From assembly GCA_033875325.1 (NCBI GenBank), contig JANRKA010000111.1:66790-130789 (forward strand): a stretch of DNA of 64,000 nt, read 5' to 3'. Numbering within the stretch: the stretch's first letter is position 1; the number at the start of each line of letters is the position of its first letter. The translations under genes and the position numbers were made by a program. Under the pieces are notes generated by a model. The model was given only the letters and a program-made list of their open reading frames with translations. It did not search any database and was not told where the DNA came from. Shown here piece after piece: positions 8,227-16,749 of the stretch. Source of the DNA: Elusimicrobiota bacterium (GTDB lineage Bacteria > Elusimicrobiota > Elusimicrobia > UBA1565 > UBA9628).

Positions 8227-10502
8227 GACCTCCGTCCGGGCGCGGGCGCCGGATCCGCTTCGAGCACGGCGCGGTTGACCGCGGGCTTGACCGAGGCGGT
8301 CATCACCTTGTCGAGGCCGCGCTGCATGGTGGCGAGCAGGCCCGAGGAGCCGGTGTACACCGCTTTGGCGGCGGTGAGCACATCGAAGCCCTGCCGGCGG
8401 GAGCGGTCGCGGTCCAAGTCGAGCTCGCCCGCGAGCAGGTCGCGGGTGGAGAGGTAGGCGCGCAGCTGGGCGGTCACCAGGCCGGCCGAAGGCTGGGCGC
8501 AGTTGTCGCCGGTCATGTAGAGGTTGACGACGGGCGAGAAGGCCTCGAAGGCGTCATCGTCGGGGGCGGTCCAGCGGTAGGCCAGGCGGCTGCGCGCGCG
8601 CTCGGCGCGGGCGGCCTCGCTGAGCTCGTCGACACCGCGGCCGAGCGCGTCGAGCACGCTGCGGGCGAGCGACTCCATGTATTCGCCTTCCTCGGAGGCT
8701 TCCTGGATGAAGCGGTTGCGGCTCTGCTCGTCGCGGCCGAAGTTCGCGAACTCGAGGAAACGCTCCTGGTCGAAGCCGGCCAGGCGCAGGGCGTAGGCGA
8801 TCTCGAGGTAGGTGAGCGTGCCCGCGTCCAGGCGGGTGAGCAGGTAGCCGGCCACGGCGGCCGCGCCCGCGGGCTCGGGCTTGACGGCGTGCCGGCGCAG
8901 GCGCGCGACTTTGTCCTCTTCGGAGAGGGCGTCGAAGCCCGGCGCCAGAGCGACGCGCGCGAAGTCCTCGGCGTAGACGAGGGCCTGCGCGATGGGGTTG
9001 AGCGTGTGCGTGGCCGGGTGCAGGCCGTCGCGGCCGCGGAAGGCGCCGTCGCCTTCCGCGCTGGCGCGCAGGACGTCGAAACACGAGTTGCCGTTGGCGT
9101 AGGAGCTCGAGCCCAGGCCCACGAAGGCGGTGCCGCGCCCGGAGAGGTGTTTGGTCACGACCACGCCGAAAAGCTGGGCCAAGGACTGCAGGTTGGCGAT
9201 GTCGAAAAGGCCGTGGATGCGCGTGGCGAAGTCCCGGCCGAGGCGCTTGCGGGCGAGGAAGGCGGCGAGCGTCGGGAAGGACTCGCCGATGTTTTTCCAG
9301 GCGGGCGAGGCCGACGGCCCCTCGCGCAGGGTCGCGTCGCACAACACGATGGCGGCCAGCGCCGCGCCGATGGAGGCCTGGTTCCAGGTCGAGGCGGCGG
9401 CCGCGTCGCCGCGGCGCAAGGTCTCCTCGAGCATGACGAGGTAAGGCACGGCCAGGCCCAGAAGGCCGCCGGTCACGCCGCCGCGCACGGCGACGCGGTC
9501 GTTGATGATGCGGGCGCCGAGGCTTTCCAGCGCGACCCGCACGTTGGGGTCGACCAGGAGTTCCTCGAAAGGGATGTTGCGCTCGCGGGCGATGTCGCCC
9601 AGCGAGATGCTCAGGAGGTTCTGCAGCTCCTCGCGCGACTGCGGGTTGGTGGGGAAGAAGTAGCCGCCGGCGTTGAGCGCGTCCTTCAAGGCGCCCGGGT
9701 CGCGTTGCTTGCGGTTGATGTAGGTGTGCAAGACGGTGAGGCGGGGCTTGTCGGCTTCGAGCTCGCGGAGTTTGGCCGTCTTCTCCGGGTTCATGAAGTC
9801 GGCCTGCTCGTCGGGCGCCCAGATGATGAGCTCGCCTTCGTCGGCGTTGAGGATGGTGTAGACGCGCTCTCCCAGGCGCACCTGGCGGCGCTGCATGTAG
9901 CGCAGGGCCTCGTGCAGGGAGATGCCCATGTTGGAGGAGGTCGAGCACACCACGGTGCGCCGCGCGTAGGCGCGCCACAACGCGACGTGCAGGAGCTCGA
10001 CGGAGCCCAGCTGCTCCGCGGTCAAGGTGGCCAGCGCGTCGGGAGTGAAGACCACGGCGCCGTCGCGGCGGCGCGAGGCGAGGAAGGCGAGCCGGGCCTT
10101 CTCGAGCTCCTTGGGCGACAGGGCCTCGAGCTTGCGCAGCTCCAGCTGGGCGTGTTCGGCCAGCAGGCCCAGCGCGTTGAAGCCCTTCACGCAGCTGCCG
10201 AACTGCTTCCAGCCGCGCAGCAGGCGGATGCGGCGGCCGCAGACCAGGCTGGTCAGCGGCGCGTCGAAGACGAGGTTGTCGGTCTCCTCGGCGTAGGGGA
10301 GCTGGTGCGGGTCGGGGTCGCCGGGAAGCTTGATGCCGAGCTCGACGGCCAGGCGCATGGTGAACAGCGCGTGGGTCAGGGGGTCCGGCAGGTTGGGCGT
10401 CGTGTCCGAGGAGAGGTAGACCTGGAAGTTCTCGTCCGGCGACGAGACGCCCGCCGGCCGAGCCAGATGCGTGTAGTGGACCTTCAGGACGCCGGATTCC
10501 AT
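8223..10502 (-). CDS. Hypothetical 759-aa soluble protein; no family assignable by eye
   Basis: Full-length ORF with balanced composition, unlike the Arg/Gly/Pro-rich overlapping frames. There is no TM segment or signal peptide. It is translationally coupled to the formyltransferase (4-nt overlap). Confidence 0.8.
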   Translation of the reverse strand: MESGVLKVHYTHLARPAGVSSPDENFQVYLSSDTTPNLPDPLTHALFTMRLAVELGIKLPGDPDPHQLPYAEETDNLVFDAPLTSLVCGRRIRLLRGWKQFGSCVKGFNALGLLAEHAQLELRKLEALSPKELEKARLAFLASRRRDGAVVFTPDALATLTAEQLGSVELLHVALWRAYARRTVVCSTSSNMGISLHEALRYMQRRQVRLGERVYTILNADEGELIIWAPDEQADFMNPEKTAKLRELEADKPRLTVLHTYINRKQRDPGALKDALNAGGYFFPTNPQSREELQNLLSISLGDIARERNIPFEELLVDPNVRVALESLGARIINDRVAVRGGVTGGLLGLAVPYLVMLEETLRRGDAAAASTWNQASIGAALAAIVLCDATLREGPSASPAWKNIGESFPTLAAFLARKRLGRDFATRIHGLFDIANLQSLAQLFGVVVTKHLSGRGTAFVGLGSSSYANGNSCFDVLRASAEGDGAFRGRDGLHPATHTLNPIAQALVYAEDFARVALAPGFDALSEEDKVARLRRHAVKPEPAGAAAVAGYLLTRLDAGTLTYLEIAYALRLAGFDQERFLEFANFGRDEQSRNRFIQEASEEGEYMESLARSVLDALGRGVDELSEAARAERARSRLAYRWTAPDDDAFEAFSPVVNLYMTGDNCAQPSAGLVTAQLRAYLSTRDLLAGELDLDRDRSRRQGFDVLTAAKAVYTGSSGLLATMQRGLDKVMTASVKPAVNRAVLEADPAPAPGRRS

Positions 10503-10521
10503 GGAGGGGCGGGTGAGACGG

Positions 10522-12342
10522 TCATTTTACCAAATTCCGAGGGGCCCGGCCCGGGGCGCTCTCGTCGGAGAAAGCGAGGTTTTCGAGCAATCCGCGCACC
10601 CGCGCGGCGGCCTTGCCGTCGCGCGGTCCGGCGAAGCGGTCGAGGATGCGGGGGTAGGGCGCGCGCAGCGCGGCGAGGCCGTTCGCGGGGTCGGCGAGCA
10701 GGGCCGCCAGGCGCTTCTTGAGCGCTTCGGGCGCGCGGACCGTCTCGACGCCCCAGGTCCCGTCGAAGGGCGGCTGGTAGAGGACGCGGTTGAACTGGGT
10801 GCAGAGCAGGGGCACGCCCGCCAGCATCGCGTCGATGAGCGCGGTCGAGTAGGAGGCGATGAGCAGGTCCGTCTTCGCCAGGCTGTCGGCGAAGGAGCCG
10901 CCGCGCTCGAGGGTCAGCCGCGAGGCGGGGCCGAGCAGGTCCCGGTAGTAGTCCAGGGACTCGGAAGGATGGATGCGCAGGGTCACCTCGAGCTGCGGGA
11001 AGGCGCCCACGACCTCGGCCAGGGCCAGGGCGTAGCGGTCCGGATCGAGGTGGGTGGCCAGCGCCACGCTCCAGCCGCTGGGCTGGCTCAAGGCCAGGAC
11101 GCGTTTGAGCTCGCGGCGCGGCGACGCCGCGCCGGGGACGCGTCGGTCGAAGGCGGGGTTGCCCAGCGCCTCGCCGCGCCGCGTCTTGAGCGCTCCGGCC
11201 TTGGCGTAGAGCTCCTTCTGCTCCGGCCCCCAGACGACGAGGGCGCTGGTGGCCGAATCGTAGAAGGGGAGCTGGTGATAGGCCTCGGGCAGGCCGTGCA
11301 GGACGGTGACCACGGGCGTGCCGCGCGTTTGGGCCAGGTCCATGAGCAGGTGCTGCAGCGGCGGCTCGTCGAAGGGCAGGAGCACGGCGGCGGGAGGGGT
11401 CGCGTCCCAGTACGCGTGATAACGCGCGCACACCCAGGCCAGCGACTCCAAGGTCGCGCCGAAAAAGGCGTCCAGGCTGGGCTCGAACGCGGGCCACAAC
11501 GAATCGCCTCCGGCCGTGACGAAGCGGGCCAGATAGGCGGGGTCCTTTTTCGCCCGCGACCAGTCCGCGCGGATGGCGGCGCAGGCCGCCGCGTGTTCGC
11601 CGTCGGCGGGGGGCGGGGTGCGCGTATCGGTGAGCAGCTCGCCGCCCGCGCGCAGGAAACGCGGCAGCAGGTCCTTGGTCGGCATGTCCGCGGCCGCGAC
11701 GCGGAAAGGCGAATCCGCGCGGCACAGCTGCTCGAGCACGGGGTCGAGCGCGCGGTAGTTCGAGAGGAGCAGGACCGGCTTGTCGCGCCCGCCGGAGAGT
11801 CGGCCCAGGGCGTTGAGCGCGGACGCGGCGAGACGCTTGGACGGCGTCAAGGCGAAGCGCGGGGGGCGCCAGACCTGGATCTCGGGGCCCGTGCGGCGGC
11901 CGGCGACGACGCGCAGCTCGAAGCCGCAGCGGGACTGGAGCGAGGCGAGCAGGGCGCGCTGCTCCGGGGACAACGAGTCGTCGCAATGCACGACGCGAGG
12001 GGCGTGGCGGCGGACGAGCTCCTGGACCGCGAGCAGGAACTTGTAGCCGGGGAGGACGACGGTGACCCAATGCAGCCAGCGGTAGGCCCGGCCCAACGAG
12101 ACGCCGCGCATCTCGGTGAAGTCGCGCTCGCCGAGGAACTGCCAGGCCGTGGCCAGGCGTTCGGTCTCCTTGACCGCGCCGGCGTTGGCTTCGAGGGGGA
12201 AATGGTCCTCCCAGGCCTCGGGCGCCGCGCCGCGCGCGGCGAGCGAGGCGTAGGCGGCCCAGTCCGAGCACAGGAAACGGACCGCCTTCTCGTCGACGCC
12301 GGCGGCCGGCGACCAGGGCCCGGCGGCGAAGTAGAGGTCCAT
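10522..12342 (-). CDS. Putative GT-B-fold glycosyl/phosphoglycosyl-transferase-like protein (capsule-synthesis-like), function uncertain
   Basis: The start is taken at internal Met48 of tracked ORF 10522-12483, where ATG 12342 shares 1 nt with the upstream TGA. The C-terminal half (VTVLHGLPEAYH...VVWGPEQKELY...GNPAFDR...DLLIASYSTALIDAMLAGVPLL) resembles the nucleotide-sugar-binding half of GT-B enzymes. Confidence 0.65.
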   Translation of the reverse strand: MDLYFAAGPWSPAAGVDEKAVRFLCSDWAAYASLAARGAAPEAWEDHFPLEANAGAVKETERLATAWQFLGERDFTEMRGVSLGRAYRWLHWVTVVLPGYKFLLAVQELVRRHAPRVVHCDDSLSPEQRALLASLQSRCGFELRVVAGRRTGPEIQVWRPPRFALTPSKRLAASALNALGRLSGGRDKPVLLLSNYRALDPVLEQLCRADSPFRVAAADMPTKDLLPRFLRAGGELLTDTRTPPPADGEHAAACAAIRADWSRAKKDPAYLARFVTAGGDSLWPAFEPSLDAFFGATLESLAWVCARYHAYWDATPPAAVLLPFDEPPLQHLLMDLAQTRGTPVVTVLHGLPEAYHQLPFYDSATSALVVWGPEQKELYAKAGALKTRRGEALGNPAFDRRVPGAASPRRELKRVLALSQPSGWSVALATHLDPDRYALALAEVVGAFPQLEVTLRIHPSESLDYYRDLLGPASRLTLERGGSFADSLAKTDLLIASYSTALIDAMLAGVPLLCTQFNRVLYQPPFDGTWGVETVRAPEALKKRLAALLADPANGLAALRAPYPRILDRFAGPRDGKAAARVRGLLENLAFSDESAPGRAPRNLVK

Positions 12343-13136
12343 CAGGCCTTTCCGGCCCGGGCTTCCTTGAAGGACAGGGTCAGGAAGCGCGGATGGACCT
12401 TGATCTCCTCGCGGATGAAGCGGTCCACGTCGCGCGCGCGCATCGCGAGGATGAAGCCGCGGCCGACGCGCACGCGCCGGCAAAGCCCGAGCGCCTCGAC
12501 GCGCTCCTCGAACCAGTCGGTGTCGGTGAGCGCCCCGGGCTCGTCCATCGGGCGGGAGAAGTAGACGGCGCGACGCGGGAGCTTCTCGCCGTTTTTGACG
12601 AGGTTCCCGGTGAACACGCGGTCCTGGCGGTACGGGACGTTCAGGGCGCGCTCGACGAAGTGGATCATCGTCGGGCCCATCAGGAAGCTCAGGTGGCAGA
12701 ACAGTCCGTCGGCTTTGAGGAAACGCTCCCAGAAGCTGTCCGGGCCGAAACAGGCCTCGGGCGCGTCGCGGGTGAATTCCTCGGCGCGCGGCCCCAGCGC
12801 GGCCACGGAGAAGATGGGGTCGTCGGAGCGCCGGGCGCCGGGCAATCGGCGCAGGTCCTCGGCGAACACCCCCATCTCGGACGGGCTGTTGGCCGGGTCA
12901 AAATCCTGCTTGCGGCAGAAGGAGTAGGTGAAGGTGGGCACGCACAAAGTGCCCTTGGGGCCCACCGCGTCTTGCAGCGCGCCCAATATCGTCGAAAAGA
13001 CGTTGGACCGGGTCATCCCGCCTTCGGGCACCCCGAAGTAGCCGACGTTGCTCAAAGTGAAGAGATTGTCGCCTTCGCGCACGCCGGCCGCGGTCAGCGC
13101 CGCGGCCAGGTCGCGGCGCGTGTAATCATGGCTCAT
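12342..13136 (-). CDS. AAC(3)-family (aminoglycoside N3-acetyltransferase-like) N-acyltransferase
   Basis: Internal ATG 13136 (MSHDYTRRDL) overlaps the upstream TGA (ATGA). The 264-aa product (GTLCVPTFTYSF, DPIFSVAALGPRAEEF, FCHLSFLMGPTMIHFVE) resembles the AAC(3)/Antibiotic_NAT fold family. The rest of tracked ORF 12342-14114 is wrong-frame. Confidence 0.8.
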   Translation of the reverse strand: MSHDYTRRDLAAALTAAGVREGDNLFTLSNVGYFGVPEGGMTRSNVFSTILGALQDAVGPKGTLCVPTFTYSFCRKQDFDPANSPSEMGVFAEDLRRLPGARRSDDPIFSVAALGPRAEEFTRDAPEACFGPDSFWERFLKADGLFCHLSFLMGPTMIHFVERALNVPYRQDRVFTGNLVKNGEKLPRRAVYFSRPMDEPGALTDTDWFEERVEALGLCRRVRVGRGFILAMRARDVDRFIREEIKVHPRFLTLSFKEARAGKA

Positions 13137-14311
13137 GACAGGGCGCGGAGTTCGAAGACCCACCAGACGGGGAACTCTTTGAGGAAAGCGTCCTCGGCGT
13201 CGCGCACCGGCCCTTCGTAACACGGCTCCCAGATGCCGGTCACGGCCAGGCCCGCGCCGCGCGCGGACTGCGCCAGCGGCTCGAGCGTGGAGGCGATGCC
13301 CCAGACGCGGCGCTTGTATTCGCCGAGCACGGCCAACGGCTGGGCGGGGTCGCCGTAGCGGCCGCACAACGAGAACGAGCCGTGCGGGTCCATGACCACG
13401 ATGCGCCCACCCGGCGCCAGCAGGCCTTTGAGCGCCGTGAGGAAGCCGACCGCGCCGGCCAGCTCCTCCGGTTTGTTCTTGTAGGACACGAAGTAGAACA
13501 AGAGCACGTCGGAGAGGTAGATGAGGTCGAAGCCCGCGCCTTTGTAGGCGGCCAGGCCCTCCGGCTTGCCGAAGTCGAAGGTCTCGAAGCGCAGGGCGGG
13601 CGCGGTGAAGGTCTTCTTGGCACGCGCGACGTAGTCGGCGTTGGGGTCCAGGCCCAGCACTTCGGCCGCGCCGCCCACGCGGCGGAAGAAATCGGCGAAG
13701 TAGCCCACGCCGCAGCCCGCGTCGAGCACGCGTTTGCCCTTGAGCCCCCAGCCCGGCACCTCGCGCTCCAGCCATTGGTGCTGCACCTTGCGGTAGGCCG
13801 TGTTCTTCACGCCGGAGAGGTCGTCCTCGAACTTCTGCGACACCCACCAGTCGTCGGGCTTCACGCGTTGGCGCAGGAGCAGCTCCAGGCCGATCTGCTG
13901 GTGGAAGTTGCCGAAGCGGTCGGGGTCCATCGGGCGGCGCTTGGGGCCGAAGCGCTCGCGGTAGGCGGCGAGGTCCTCGATGAGCACGAAACGCTCGCGA
14001 AGCAGCGCGACGGCCTCGGCGCCGCTCACGCGCCGGCCGGGCTCGGACGACAGCCCCGTGGCGTCGTCGAGGGCGCATTTGCGCGGGCCGAACACGGTGC
14101 GGTCCTCGGCCCACAGGCCGTCGAGCCCGGCGAGCGCCGCCGTCAGGTCGCCGGGCGCGCGAAGGCGGCGAAGCAGTTCGGCGGCGGAGGGCGACACCGC
14201 GAGATGGATGCGCGCCAGAGGATTGGAGGCGATCCAGTCGCCGCGGCCGTCCACGAGGAAAAGGACGTCCGGGCAGAGCGCGAGGCGGGCGGCGGCGGCC
14301 GGCGCGGTCAC
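13133..14311 (-). CDS. Class I SAM-dependent methyltransferase with a ~170-aa N-terminal extension
   Basis: Full tracked ORF. Motif I is VLDAGCGVGYFADFF. FDLIYLSDVL and LAPGGRIVVMDPHG are also present. Confidence 0.8.
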   Translation of the reverse strand: MTAPAAAARLALCPDVLFLVDGRGDWIASNPLARIHLAVSPSAAELLRRLRAPGDLTAALAGLDGLWAEDRTVFGPRKCALDDATGLSSEPGRRVSGAEAVALLRERFVLIEDLAAYRERFGPKRRPMDPDRFGNFHQQIGLELLLRQRVKPDDWWVSQKFEDDLSGVKNTAYRKVQHQWLEREVPGWGLKGKRVLDAGCGVGYFADFFRRVGGAAEVLGLDPNADYVARAKKTFTAPALRFETFDFGKPEGLAAYKGAGFDLIYLSDVLLFYFVSYKNKPEELAGAVGFLTALKGLLAPGGRIVVMDPHGSFSLCGRYGDPAQPLAVLGEYKRRVWGIASTLEPLAQSARGAGLAVTGIWEPCYEGPVRDAEDAFLKEFPVWWVFELRALS

Positions 14312-14577
14312 GGCGCGGGCGCCGTCTTGAGCTCGGCGACGATCTCGGCCAGGCCGCCGATGGTGGAGAAGCGGCGCTGCTGGAAGTGGCGGTCCTCGAA
14401 ACGCACGCCGTAGGTCTGCTCGAGGTGGGCGACGAGTTCGACGACGCCGAGGGAGTCGAGCAGGCCGGCGGCGAAGTAGTCCGTCGCCAGCTTCTCGGAG
14501 AGAGTGGCGCCGGGCACGGTCCCGCGCGCCTCGAACCAGGCGCAGACGGTCGCGGGGATGTCGTTGGTCATGGTCAT
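14308..14577 (-). CDS. Acyl/peptidyl carrier protein (phosphopantetheine attachment site)
   Basis: Internal ATG 14577 (MTMTNDI) overlaps the upstream TGA by 4 nt. The product is 89 aa with LLDSLGVVELVAHLE (the DSL serine motif). Confidence 0.85.
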   Translation of the reverse strand: MTMTNDIPATVCAWFEARGTVPGATLSEKLATDYFAAGLLDSLGVVELVAHLEQTYGVRFEDRHFQQRRFSTIGGLAEIVAELKTAPAP

Positions 14578-15236
14578 CTCTCGACGGCGAGCACGCGGGC
14601 GGGGGCGCCGTCGGCCCCGAGGATGTTGAGCGGCGCGACCGTGAGCTCGAAGGTGGTCTTGCGCAGCTTGTCGAGGTCGTTGAGGTACTCGATGAGGAAA
14701 AGTCCGCGTCCGAGCATCGCGCGGTGGTTGGGCGCGTCGTTGGCCGTGCGCCAGCCGTGGTCGTGGCAGTCCACCGAGGGCGTGTCGGTACCGAGCAACT
14801 TGACCCCGGAGGCGACGAGCCAGCGGCAGGCTTCGACCGACAGATACGGCGCCTCGGTGTAGTAGCGCATCGTGCCCCAATGTCTGGACCAGCGCCAGCG
14901 CAGCAGCAGGCGGCGGGCGGGCTTCTTGCCCTTGAGCGCGGCTTTGAGCGCGGGCAGGCCGACCTCTTCCTTGGGGCGAGAGGGCAGGTCCACGAGAGAG
15001 GCCGGGCCGGTCATGAGGTCGAGCGGGAGCTTGTCGATGGTCGTGCCGCCGCGCACGAAGTGGAGCGGGGCGTCCACGTGGGTGCCGGTGTGCGTGCCGA
15101 TGACGAGTTTGCGGCTCTCGCGGTCCTCGATGCCGTGGCGGCCGAGCTGGCTGACCTCGACGAGCGGGTGCCAATGGCTGGGGAAGGTGGTCATGCCTTC
15201 GTGGATGGGAAAGCTCAAGTCGATGATGCGGGGCAT
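14574..15236 (-). CDS. Putative cyclase / arylformamidase (kynurenine-formamidase-like) family protein
   Basis: HTGTHVDAPLHF (the HxGTHxDxPxH metal motif), 220 aa. It is preceded by TAGGAGAACC-ATG, a Shine-Dalgarno sequence in the 7-nt gap. Confidence 0.85.
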   Translation of the reverse strand: MPRIIDLSFPIHEGMTTFPSHWHPLVEVSQLGRHGIEDRESRKLVIGTHTGTHVDAPLHFVRGGTTIDKLPLDLMTGPASLVDLPSRPKEEVGLPALKAALKGKKPARRLLLRWRWSRHWGTMRYYTEAPYLSVEACRWLVASGVKLLGTDTPSVDCHDHGWRTANDAPNHRAMLGRGLFLIEYLNDLDKLRKTTFELTVAPLNILGADGAPARVLAVER

Positions 15237-15243
15237 GGTTCTC

Positions 15244-16749
15244 CTAGCGGGCGGCGGCCTGCGTCGCGGCCCAGTCGCGCAGCTCGCGCTTGAGGACCTT
15301 GCCGGTGGGGCCGACGGGCAGCTCCTCGCGGCACAACAGAACGGCGGGGCGCGAGGCGGCCGCTATTTCGGACTTGCAGAAGGCCTCGAGCGACGGGCGC
15401 TCGACGGCCCAGTCGCGGCCGGGCTTGAGCTTGACGACGGCGGCGACGTCCTCGCCCGTGACGGCGTTGGGCACGCCGATGACGGCGACCGCGGCCACGG
15501 CGTCGTGGCGCAGGAGGACGTCCTCCACGGCCATGGGGCTGATGTTGAGGCCGCCGCGGATGATGAGGTCCTTCTTGCGGCCGGTGATGCGCACCAGGCC
15601 GTCGGCGCCGACGGTGCCGGCGTCGCCGGTGGGGAACCACTCGCCCTCGGGCGGGACCACGCGGGAGCTCTCCTGGTCGAGATAACCTGCCATCAGGTGC
15701 GGCGTGCGCGCGAGCAGCTCGCCCTCGGCGTCGGTCTTGAGCTCGACGCCGGGCAGCACGCGCCCGACCGAGCCCTCGACGGATTTGCCGGGCGCGTTGG
15801 CCGCCAGCAGCAAGGTCTCGGAGAGGCCGAAGCTCTCCAGCACCTCGACCCCGTAGGCCTTCTCGAAATCGCGTTTGACCTGCAGGTGCAGCGGGCCCAT
15901 GCCCACGAACACCTTCTTGACGCTCTTGCGGCACCAGGCCTTTCCGGCCTCGTCGCGGTCCACTTTCAGCAGCGCGCTGAGGATGGCCGGCGTCAGCCAG
16001 AGCGCGTTGACCCCGTGCTCCATGGGCGCTTTCCAGAAATCGAGCGCGGTGCGCGGGCCGAAGCCGGGCGTCAGCACGACGGAGGCGCCGGCGGCGTAGG
16101 GGGCGATGAGCGCGTTGAAGAAGCCGCCGCTGTAGGACATGGGCAGCAGGTGCAGGAAACGGTCGGACGGGCCGATGCCCATCGCCGCGTTGAAGGCCGC
16201 GGCGTTGCCGAGCAGGCTGGTCGTGCGATGCGCCACGGCCTTGGGGAAGGCGGTGGTGCCGGAGGTGAAGACGATGGTGAGCAAGTCGGCGGGCGTCGCG
16301 CCGTCGAGCGGCTTCCAGGGGTGCGCGCTCCAGGCCACGCGGAACAGCGGCTCGTGCAGCTTGGGCATGAGCCAACGGCGGGTGGAGTCGGGCGGAGCCG
16401 AAGGGCCGAGCAGGAAGTGCTTGGTCTCTTCTCCATAAACGACCAATTTGGCGCCCGCGTGGCTCAAGACGAAGTGCACATCGCGCAGATGCAGGGAGGG
16501 GTTGGCGGTGACGACGGTGGCGCCCAGGTAGAGGCAGGCGAAATAGAGCACCGCGTATTCCGGGCAGTTCGTGAGCAGGGCCACCACGCGGTCGCCGCGG
16601 CGCACGCCTTCATCCTGGAGCCGGCAGGCCAGGCCCAAGGCCGCGTCGTGGAATTCGCCGAAGCTCAGCGTCTGCCGGCGGTCCGGGATGATGAGGAAGG
16701 GCCGGTCCTTGTTGTCGGCGGCGATGCGCAGGAAATCCTGGGGCGTCAT
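15244..16749 (-). CDS. AMP-forming adenylating enzyme (acyl-CoA/acyl-carrier-protein ligase family)
   Basis: Internal ATG 16749 (MTPQDFL) overlaps the upstream TGA by 4 nt. Core motifs: FTSGTTAFPKAV, WFPTGDAG, GRKKDLIIRGGLNISP, PVGPTGKVLKREL. Confidence 0.85.
   Translation of the reverse strand: MTPQDFLRIAADNKDRPFLIIPDRRQTLSFGEFHDAALGLACRLQDEGVRRGDRVVALLTNCPEYAVLYFACLYLGATVVTANPSLHLRDVHFVLSHAGAKLVVYGEETKHFLLGPSAPPDSTRRWLMPKLHEPLFRVAWSAHPWKPLDGATPADLLTIVFTSGTTAFPKAVAHRTTSLLGNAAAFNAAMGIGPSDRFLHLLPMSYSGGFFNALIAPYAAGASVVLTPGFGPRTALDFWKAPMEHGVNALWLTPAILSALLKVDRDEAGKAWCRKSVKKVFVGMGPLHLQVKRDFEKAYGVEVLESFGLSETLLLAANAPGKSVEGSVGRVLPGVELKTDAEGELLARTPHLMAGYLDQESSRVVPPEGEWFPTGDAGTVGADGLVRITGRKKDLIIRGGLNISPMAVEDVLLRHDAVAAVAVIGVPNAVTGEDVAAVVKLKPGRDWAVERPSLEAFCKSEIAAASRPAVLLCREELPVGPTGKVLKRELRDWAATQAAAR

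Noticed and set aside
8554-12564. Large alternative-frame ORFs: 8554-9978 minus, 8889-10721 plus, 10484-12271 minus, 10501-12564 plus
   Set aside because: All have low-complexity Arg/Gly/Pro/Ala composition and overlap frames with normal composition. They are treated as GC-content artefacts.
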